In this document: positions 54,105-64,000 of the stretch, in pieces
Layout of the letters: the number at the start of each line of letters is the position of its first letter
Numbering within the stretch: the stretch's first letter is position 1
NCBI GenBank assembly: GCA_951406725.2
Contig: OX597817.1
Location: forward strand, 137,702,001-137,766,000
DNA length: 64,000 bases
Reading direction: 5' to 3'
Source of the DNA: Octopus vulgaris
Taxonomy: Eukaryota
Notes under the pieces: model-generated
Told to the model about the DNA's origin: nothing
Databases searched by the model: none
The model's input: only the letters and a program-made list of their open reading frames with translations
Program-made: the position numbers and the translations under genes

Positions 54105-54300
54105 GACATAAATGATGCGTGACACAGAGTGTGATAGGCTGGCCCTTTGAAATACAAGTGCTATTCATTTTTGCCAGATGAGCGGACTGAAGCAACGTGA
54201 AATAAAGTGTCTTGCTCAAGGACACAACACGTCGCCGGGAATTGAACTCATAACCTTACGATCATGAGCCGAATGCCCCTAACCACTGAGCCATGCTCTA
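54105..54300 (-). mobile_element. tRNA-derived CORE-type SINE
   Basis: TGGCTCAGTGGTTAG...GAGTTCAATTCCC followed by GTGTCCTTGAGCAAGACACTT. Confidence 0.8.
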
Positions 54301-54570
54301 AATATACACTATTCTGGTAAATCCAATCTGTTAACTGAAATAGCAGCAGAATCACTGAAAATGGTTTATTTCCGTGGATTTTAAACGATGTTAAACCATT
54401 TTGAATGTCCTTCATTTCGAAATTCCTGAATTCAGCTGCCGAAAGCGGTTTCTTTACAATGATGTAAATCAAAGGAATCGTTAGGAACGGCCATAATGGA
54501 TTGACACCTATACTTCCACTTTTTCTCATTAATATATATATATGTATATATATAAATGTTTGTGTGTGTG

Positions 54571-54637
<67 letters not shown>

Positions 54638-55350
54638 ATGTATATATGTATGTATGTACGTATGTATGTATATGCAAGTATTATGTATGTGTGCGTTTAT
54701 GTATGCGGATATATGTGTAGGCGGATAATATATACACAGCACCCAGTGTATATTTGTATATATGCAGTGATTTATGTATAACACCTTGCTAAACAGGAAA
54801 ATAATGTCATCCTTCAGTTGCGCAACGTTTGCTAAAACATGCCTTTCTACGGGCAGCTTAACTTCGCATATTAGTTCTCATCTCCATACGCTTGTCCCAT
54901 GTGACACAAGGATCATTCCTGCAGAAATATGCCATATTTGTAATAAGATATGAAAGTCCCACGCTAATCTAAAACAAGCATTTAAACATCTATGAATCAC
55001 ACAAGACAAACATTACTGTGCCACTCGAGGTGAAGCATATTTGCACTGCTTCTAATGCAACTTTCAAACAGCTCTACGGACTCAAAAGCCACTCACGAAC
55101 TTATGCACGGGAAAAGTATATCTCACAAGCAGGGGCCAGATTTTAAATGGAAGCAATCAGCCTCTATATGTAGATATAGAACGATGAAAGCATATTTACA
55201 TAGTAGAGCACACGTGTTCATCTATGTATATATGCACGGCTACTGAAAAGGTTGCAAGACGCAAGAAAAAGTTTAGAAAAATAAAAACGAAATAAGTGGA
55301 AATTATACCAGTGTGTGTGTTATAAGGCACCAAAAGAGAACTTTCCAACA

Positions 55351-55428
<78 letters not shown>

Positions 55429-55431
<3 letters not shown>

Positions 55432-55685
55432 GGCGCATGGCCCAGTGGTGAGGATGTTACACTCACGATTGCGGTTTCAATTCCTAGGCCGGGCCATACG
55501 TTGTGTTCTTGAGAAAAGCACTTTATCTCACGTTGCTCTGCGATCAATTCGAAACCTGATGCGTGGTACACTACTCACCTGTGCAGGTGATGTCTATTTG
55601 ATGGAGGAGGAAGTGAGCTAACATACAGAACATATATTTCGGCAGAAACTGAACGTTCATGCGTCGTTTTCGACAGGAGAGTCCC
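55429..55685 (+). mobile_element. tRNA-derived CORE-type SINE with another tail
   Basis: TGGCCCAGTGG...GGTTTCAATTCC and GTGTTCTTGAGAAAAGCACTTTATCTCACGTTGCT. Confidence 0.72.
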
Positions 55686-55900
55686 TCAGATATATACACC
55701 CATAATTTACATTGCACTAGAGAGAAGGATGTGTGTAGAATATATATATATATACCCAGTTATGCATATTTAACTGTTTTAACTCCACCAGGAATTGAAA
55801 CCTGAATTAATTGGTAGTTTCTCTACATACATATGTGTATGTATGCATATACATATTTGTGCGTGTCTGTCTGTGCATATGTATTTGTACACATATGTGT

Positions 55901-55970
<70 letters not shown>

Positions 55971-56487
55971 AATATTTTTCTCTCATTCCAAACTCAAGAT
56001 AAAATCATATAAGTAGTAGTCTGGTGCTGAGAAACACTGACAACAAAGAACGATTATCCATAAGATGACCGATTAATTATGTCCAAGGTAGACAAAGCCA
56101 GGAAGTGAGTGTTTAGATACAGATGGCATGGCTGCAAGTAATGAACTCATAAATAAATGCACAAATAAGTATCGTTTAATCTTGAAAGTAGCTGTGATTA
56201 TAGAAACGATTCATTCGTATATATTTACACAATTCATCTAATTTTAAGTAAGACTGTGTGTCTGTATGTTTGTATGTCAGTCTCCTAGTGTGTGTATGAG
56301 TATGTATGCTTGTATGCCAGTCTCCTTGTGTGTGTGTGTGTCTGTGTGTGTCTGTATGTCTGTATGGCAGTTTCCTTGTGTGTGTGTGTGTGTGTGGTAT
56401 TTATGCGAGAATTCATTGAGAGGAGATAAATGTGGAGTCACGGATAAAATGGTTGACAATTCTGGTTGTTGCAGATTGTGTGTTTGC

Positions 56488-57726
56488 ACTGGTTCTGATG
56501 GCTTCCCAGCTATTCTCCTAAAGTCATGTAAGCAGGCTTTAGTGAAACCACTTCAGATACTTTTCTAAAGTCTCTTTGCAAGTGGTATACTTCCTAAAAA
56601 GCTGAAAGAAGGCATTATATGCCCTATCCACAAAGGTGGAAGCAGAGCAGAGGCCAAAAACTACAGACCAATCTCTCTGACTTCGCGTATCAGTAAAGTG
56701 ATGGAGCGAATCATCAAAAAGAAGTTGATAATGTTCCTAGAAGAAAATGACCGACTGAACAATACTCAGCATGGCTTCTGTCCAGGAAGAAGCTGCTTCA
56801 CACAGCTCCTGCAGCACCATGACTGGGTTTTGAAACAGCTGCTTGACTATTCAGATGTCAGTGTGATATACCTTGACTTCGCAAAGACATTTGGTAAGGT
56901 AGATCAAGGCATAAGTCATAAGCTACGAGACCTTGGCATTGCAGGTAAACTAGGAGAGTGGCTGCATGACTTCCTTAAAAACAGAAGTCAGGTAGTTGCA
57001 ACCAATGGTGCCCTTTCTGAGGAAGCTAAGTGGTGTCCCCCAGTGAACTGTTCTGGAGTCATTAGTGTTCATAATAGCCCTCTTAGATACAGCCACAGTC
57101 ACTCGGATAGCCAATGTCACTAGCTATGCCGATGATGCAAAATTATTACAAGCAATAAAACCAAGATAATGTCATAAGCTGAAATAAACAACATTCAGTT
57201 TAATGCTGGAAAATTTCAAGCACAGCACTATCAACTCACGAATACAGTACAATCTACATATACAGGACCCGAAGGCACTACTATCCCAGAGTCACAGACA
57301 GTGAAAGACTTTGGCATTGAGTGTTATACAAATGCCAGAACTGGCCGTAATTGTATTGTACCAAAGGTACCATCCACCCCATCTAAATTCAGGACCAGGT
57401 ACTGCAATAGTCTAGCGTTCAAAGCCCACGGCTCTTCAATTCCTTGCCACAAAAATTTAAAAATTTGCAGAAGGTGAAGGAAGATGTCTTCAAAAAGGAA
57501 CTAAACATCTTCCTCTCCACAATTTCGGATGAACCAACAGCCCGACATAAGGTACAGACTAGGGCAGAAGAATCAAACTCCCTCATACACCAAATGGGCC
57601 AACAGCTGGGAAAAAGGCACATACAGGAGTGGTGATGTGAAACACCCAGACTCAGGAAATCAGAAAGACCATGGTAGTGCTCCAGCATGACCAAGGCCGC
57701 ATGGCTGAAACGAGTAAAAGCGTAAA
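56488..57726 (+). mobile_element. CR1/L2-group LINE relic (RT, internal deletion, 3' end)
   Basis: GSDGFPAILLK, NYRPISLTS, QHGF, VIYLDFAK, SYADDAK and FKKELNIFLSTISDEP. The 3' tail matches the SINE type A tail. Confidence 0.85.
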
Positions 57727-57830
57727 TGTATGTATATACATCACGCTCCTAATCATAGGTATTTTGAATCAGTAATTTTGCAATTTGACAGTCCTTTGCA
57801 TGGAATTTCCTCTGTTTTTTTTTTTAAACC

Positions 57831-57914
57831 AAAGCCCTGAAGAGGCTTGTATAAATAGAATCGAATTTTTATATATTAGCTAATGTATATAAATCGAAAC
57901 GAATTGTTGGCTTT
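57831..57914 (+). ncRNA. Type-I hammerhead ribozyme with extended stem II
   Basis: AAAGCC-CTGAAGA-(ggcttgtata...tatataaatc)-GAAA-C-GAATT-GT-T-GGCTTT. Perfect 6-bp stem I, all core nucleotides present, GUU triplet at 57906-57908. Confidence 0.7.
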
Positions 57915-58034
57915 ATTTGTTTTTTTAAAATTTGTTGTGTTATTTTTTATATAGTATATTATATATTATAATGTAAACAAATTCTTAGTTTGTCAATTGT
58001 ATTTCTCCATTTCATTTGTATTTCTCCACACATA

Positions 58035-58094
<60 letters not shown>

Positions 58095-58477
58095 CATACA
58101 CACACATCACATGTATATAACAAGAGAGAAAAAGAAAATGGACTTTCACGTGATTCTTTATTAATCTCACCATCGTGCATCGGTGTCTCGCGAGTGAGAT
58201 TCTAGAGATTAGGTTCTGGTGCATCTTTCGGTGCAGATGTGTCTCGTCAGGTGATTTTTCAAAAGGGATTTACGATAAACTCTTGATTTATTACAACAAT
58301 TTGCACTTTACTAAAACTAGATCGCCATGGAGATGATAGAACAATCCTTTGGCGGCAATTGGAACCATCTCGAAAAGGAAAGGGGAACAGTTTGAAGAAT
58401 CAAAAGAATTCTGCAAAACTGAGATATCATTAATGAGAAAAAGATAGTGATTGCTTGGGGAGAAGACAATAGGACCA

Positions 58478-58650
58478 CCACCATTGCTTGACAACCGATG
58501 TTGGTGTGTTTACGTCTCCGTAAGAAACGACACAATAAGCACCAAGCTTACAAAGAATAAGGCCAGAGGTCGAATTCTTCGACTAAAAGGCGGTGCTCCA
58601 GCATGGCCACAGTCAAATTTCTGAAACAAGCAAAAGAATAAAAGAATGAC
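58478..58650 (+). mobile_element. SINE type A, 3' half
   Basis: CATTGCTTGACAACCGATG...GGCGGTGCTCCAGCATGGCCACAGTC...AAAAGAATAAAAGAAT. Confidence 0.78.
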
Positions 58651-58662
58651 AGAATATGTATG

Positions 58663-58696
<34 letters not shown>

Positions 58697-58974
58697 TGTA
58701 TGTATGTATGTATATACACACACAAACACACACACACAAAGAGAGAGACAGAAGGAGTCAGACAGACAGGCGGATGAGTTTGTATCTAGTCCTTGTGTAG
58801 CATACAGAATCATACTGAGATCAAAGTAACTTTTCCATTTGTACAGACGCTCACTTAATTTTTTCAACAACCACCACCACCACCATCTCCACCACCATCA
58901 ATGAGTTGTATGAACTCTACTACCATAAATATGTTAAAATAATGAATCTGTAATGAATCTGTAATGAATCTGTA

Positions 58975-59372
58975 AGGCGGCGAGCTGGCAGAAACGTTAG
59001 CACGCAGGGCGAAATGCGTAGCCGTATTTCGTCTGCCGTTACGTTCCGAGTTCAAATTCCGCCGAGGTCGACTATGCCTTTCATCCTTTCGTGGTCGATT
59101 AAATAAGTACCTGTTACGCACTGGGGTCGATATAATCGACTTAATCCGTTTGTCTGTCCTTGTTTGTCCTCTTTGTGTTTAGCCCCTTGTGGGTAGTAAA
59201 GAACTAGGTATTTCGTTTGTCTTTACGTTCTTAGTTCAAATTCCGCCGAGGTCGACTATGCATTTCGTCCTTTCAGAATCGATAAATTAAGTACCAGTGG
59301 CATACTGGATCAATCTAATCTACTGGCCCCTCCCCACAAATCTCGGGACTTGTGCCTAGAGTAGAAAAGAAT
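58975..59372 (+). mobile_element. SINE type B dimer/nested pair
   Basis: Full head plus two central domains. GAATCTGT on both flanks is a possible TSD. Confidence 0.85.
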
Positions 59373-59699
59373 CTGTTCAATAAGTTATGGAGGAAGGTTC
59401 GAGCTACGACTATTCTTATCTATCGTTCTCATTGGTGAAGTTCTTGAACGGCAGGCAAGAGGCAGGCTCTGTTAAGAAAGAATAATTAGTCAAGGTACAA
59501 AGTGAAAATGTATTCCGACATGCGAGAATCTCATCGACTTAATGGAGAAACTTTTCGAAAGTGAAAGAAATGATGGAGCAAACCAGAATATCTTAAGAGA
59601 ACACGAAGAAAGCGTTAGGTTTGAGAGTAAAACAAGAAGGTGAACACTTGAGGGCAATGACACTGACGCTGTTCCCTCACAACATTCTGAAGTAAACAT

Positions 59700-59785
<86 letters not shown>

Positions 59786-59905
59786 GTCCGTCTGTCTATC
59801 TATCTGTGCATCTATCTATCTACTTGTCTGTCTGTCTATCTATATATGAGTACGTCTGTCTGTTTATCTATCTATCAGTCGTCTGTCAGTCTATCTATCT
59901 ATCTA

Positions 59906-60007
<102 letters not shown>

Positions 60008-60212
60008 TATATACATACATCTATTCCTATATATATGCATATATGGACACAGAACATCACGAAACGTGTACAACAAATAATACGACATACGAGTAGATGT
60101 AGCATGAACTATTTTTTCGAACAGCAAAAGACACAAATGGAAAACATGACAAACAACACAAAGAATGAACCTTCATCAGTTTTGGGCTGTTTTTCTAATC
60201 TCGTATTTCGAG

Positions 60213-60268
<56 letters not shown>

Positions 60269-60413
60269 TGCACACACACATGCACACACACAAACACACA
60301 CACACACACACACGCACGCACACACGCACACACACACATCAGTATCAGCCGGTAATTAGCGAATGTCACACACATAATACACTTTTTTGCGTTAATATTT
60401 ATTTGTGTATATC

Positions 60414-60790
60414 ACGTTCTGTGTTCAAATTCCGCCGAGATTGACCTTACCCTTTCATCCTTTCGGTGTCGATAAATTAAATACCTATTTCTTTACTACC
60501 CACAAGGGGCTAAACACAGAGGGGACAAACAAGGACAGACAAACGGATTAAGTCGATTACATCGACCCCAGTGCGTAACTGGTACTTAATTTACCGATCC
60601 CGAAAGGATGAAAGGCAAAGTCGACCTCGGCGGAATTTGAACTCAGAACGTAACGGCAGACGAAATACAGCTACGCATTTTGCCCAGCGTGCTAACGTAT
60701 CTGCCCCATTTGCGTACTGGGATTAGTCTAATCTGATGGCCCCCTCCCTACAAATTTCGGGCCTTTTGCCTAGAGTAGAACAGAATATTA
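60414..60790. mobile_element. Young SINE type B (minus, ~60485-60705) inserted antisense into an older plus-strand type B SINE
   Basis: The host is split after GATAAATTAAATAC and resumes at CCATTTGCGTACTGG...GCCTAGAGTAGAA. Confidence 0.78.
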
Positions 60791-60934
60791 TCCAACAACA
60801 GCTGGTCACTACGACCCGGCTCTACTGTCTCTCATTATATGTATCTCTCTGTCTATATATTATCTATCTGTCACTCTACATCTTTGCATACATATGGGTA
60901 TATATGTGCATATATGCATAAATATATAGTGTAC

Positions 60935-60965
<31 letters not shown>

Positions 60966-61007
60966 CGTAAATGTGTGCTTGTGTGCGCGTGCGTGCGTGT
61001 GTGTAAA

Positions 61008-61070
<63 letters not shown>

Positions 61071-61096
61071 TATATGTATAAATACACACACACATC

Positions 61097-61159
<63 letters not shown>

Positions 61160-61231
61160 ATATATATATATATATATATAGATATATATATATATAGATA
61201 GATATGCATATATATGTCTGTGTATGTATCC

Positions 61232-61450
61232 CAGAAGGCTTGCAAATCTAACGGAGGCTCCAAAAGACATTTTAAGATCCACCAAGATCAGAACTTATCT
61301 GTAGCTCTTGAGGGTCCAAATCGGATGTGCAATAGACGTGGGTGCCTTTTCAGAATATTGTCTAGTTTAAAAAGCCACATCATATGATGGTTCTAAGGTG
61401 TAGGTGCAGGAGGTGGTCAAACTCTGCATAAGATGTAAAAAAACCACCAT
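61232..61450 (+). mobile_element. Older RTE 3'-end relic with decayed tandem C2H2 fingers
   Basis: [17 protein letters not shown]...MCNRRGCLFRILSSLKSHII* parallels fingers 2 and 3 of the 51.2-51.8 kb element. Confidence 0.6.
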
Positions 61451-63204
61451 ATATATATGCAAGTATGTATACATATATTTGTGTGTGTATGCACATATAT
61501 ATATGTATATGCACGTATACATATATATGTGTATATATATAAATACAAACACATGCGTAGGTACATAAATACATGCATACATAGATACACGCTCATGCAC
61601 ATACGTACATATATATATGTGTGTGTGTGTGTATGTATGTATATGCATATATATGTGTGTGTAGATATGTATTTATGTATGTATGTATGTAGGTAGGTAT
61701 GTCTGTATGTAGGTAGGTAGGTAGGTAGGTAGGTAGGTAGGAAGGAACGTAGGTAGGTGGGTAGGCTTGTATGTCTATACCTGTATGTATATATCTTTGT
61801 ATGCAAGTATGTTTCTACTTACACATGCGTATACACATATCTAGATATGTGTCCCCTATTTACATATAACTACCTTTTGCTGCAGCAAATCGCCAATTTT
61901 TCTTCTCTCAGCATAATCTTTTCTTCTTTCTTTTCTCTTTTTACATTTTCCTTGATATTTTACAGACGTACAACCAGAATCATTCTTCTGACACTCCAAC
62001 ACTTCGTTTCCTCTTCTTCACTCATCCCTTTTTTAAAATATAATTCTCTATTCTCATTTTTATTCCGTAATACATAAACGAGTTCTGACATTCTACCTAT
62101 TTAAAAGTATTTTATTTCCGTTACCGTTTTTTTCCTTTCATTCTTCTCTCATCTCGTAGCTCTTACCAAGGTTAATATTTCCCAATCAGGATACGTTCGC
62201 CTCCATTTTCCTGGAGGCTCTTCACGTTACGTAAACATATACCTAAGTAAACAAGATATTTAAGTCGACGCTGCACAACTTTGTTTTTACGCTGCACATT
62301 GTTCGGAATCATATTTCTGTCAACAACAGAGTAATCTTATCCTACAATCTTAATATTGTCTTCTTCGTGATACAAATGTGTGTATAGGTATGTATAGGAA
62401 TGTATGTATGTATGTATGTATGTATGTATGTATGTATGCATGTATGTACGAGTGTGCGTGTATGTATGTACGCATGTAAGTATGAGTGTGTCTGTATGTA
62501 TGTAAGTATGTATGCATGTATGTATATGTATATGTATATATATATATATATTTTTTTTTTATATATATATTGATATATATATATATATATATATACATGT
62601 ACATATATTTACTTGTACATATTTGTATACACGTATATGTGTATATACATAAATACATGTGTATGTATTCATGTATGTGTATATGTATATATATATATAT
62701 GTATGTGTGTGAGTGTGTACATAAGTATATATTGATATATATGTATACATATACATATATATACTTGTGCGCATATGTATACACGTATATGTGCATATAC
62801 ATAAATACACATGTGTATATGTATGTATGTACGTATGTATGTATGTATGTATGTATGTATGTATGTATGTATGTATGTATGTATGTATGTGCGTATGTAT
62901 ATCATCCACTGCTTATACAGTTCCCATGTAGTCGTAAGGCAAGGTTGTCTTACTGTTCGATATTAATATTCTAGGTTGCCGGAGATTTCTTTGACTTAAT
63001 TCCGTTTACCTGTAATCCTGGTTCCAGTAAAGATACAATAAACTACTTCGGGTTTAACTCTGCTTAGATCTGACGTTGGTCTTCATAAATAAGTAATGTG
63101 ACCTGTTACATACATAAACACACAAAACATTCATATATCTATGTGTGTGTGTGTGCGTGTGTGTTTTTATCGTGCCTGTTTTTGTGTATGTATGCATCGT
63201 GGTA

Positions 63205-63557
63205 GCTATATATATATAAACGGCAAAGTGTCTGTCTGTGTGTGTGTGTATCCTTTATACAAATCCACAATTTTTCAGTTAGAGGCTCGCACTTTCTATG
63301 GTCATTCAAAACCGGCCAAGGGTGGTCGTGCACATTTTTACATTTCCCCAGTCATCCCCAAAGCCATTAAAAAAATCAATAGAAGTGACTTTTTTCTGAA
63401 TTTTCTATCAAAATGCCCGAAACTTGATACGCCAATTGAATGCCAGCTAGCTGTATGTGATTGGTCGGAGATTTGGACAGTACTCGTGTGTATGTGCGTA
63501 CGCACGCAGCTGTATATGCATGCACTATGACCGGGCGTAGCCGGGCCATAGTGCTAG
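63205..63557 (+). mobile_element. Non-autonomous Helitron
   Basis: 5' A|(g)CTATATATATATAAA...GTCTGTCTGTGTG; 3' GC-rich hairpin CCGG-GCGTAG-CCGG followed by CTAG|T. No TSD. Confidence 0.75.
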
Positions 63558-64000
63558 TAGATTATATGTATGCGTCGAGGTATGGCTTAACAAAGTCGGA
63601 CAGTTCGTATTGTTAATATGCCACCAGGTCCGATTGCATCGCAAAGCATCTCGGGTAAATATATCTCAGCATGGCGTCGGGTCAACCCAAGGCCTGTGGG
63701 GGAAGCTGTGCGGAAGAAAACTACGAAGCCTGTCAAACGGTTGTACAGTTATCACCACACTGACCCTGTCCTAAGTATTGCAGTCTGGGCACAACTCTCT
63801 GAGAGATACTCAGCTACTTTTACAATAATGCAATCGAACTCGAACATTAATCGTCGATAGTGGTAGAGATCCTTTTACAAGGTATAGACGAGACAAATCA
63901 TCTCAAAGGATTATATTTGTTGAAATTTATAATCCATAAATTGGAAGAGACTTGATAAGAGATTGACAACATATTATGGCTGCTGTTTAAAACATGTAAA

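Overview
Eukaryotic, AT-rich, extremely microsatellite-rich genomic DNA. The SINE families and repeat landscape point to an octopus or other coleoid cephalopod genome (inference from recognised repeats; no database check). No host protein-coding exon can be supported. Almost all ORF-track entries are translations of (TA)n, (CA)n, (TATG)n, (GA)n or (TAT)n tracts. The real content is layered transposable elements. These are: a young R4/Dong-type RLE retrotransposon running off the left edge, with an open RT frame (YMDD at 264-275); several other RLE 3' ends sitting in TAA/TAG or CATA microsatellites; CR1/L2-group and RTE LINE relics, the RTE having three C-terminal C2H2 fingers; Penelope-like element (PLE) relics; MULE, hAT, Tc1/pogo-MITE and Helitron DNA elements; and at least three tRNA-derived SINE types. 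The most interesting signals are: (i) about ten hammerhead-ribozyme motifs, four with near-intact cores, in short non-coding elements often embedded in (TA)n; (ii) foldback elements whose inverted arms enclose a Pol III tRNA-like promoter, one carrying hammerheads in both arms; (iii) a SINE repeatedly found at a GTATTT site inside its own relatives; (iv) apparent partitioning of microsatellite motifs among retroelement families; (v) a shared SINE/LINE 3' tail. Boundaries of old relics are approximate.
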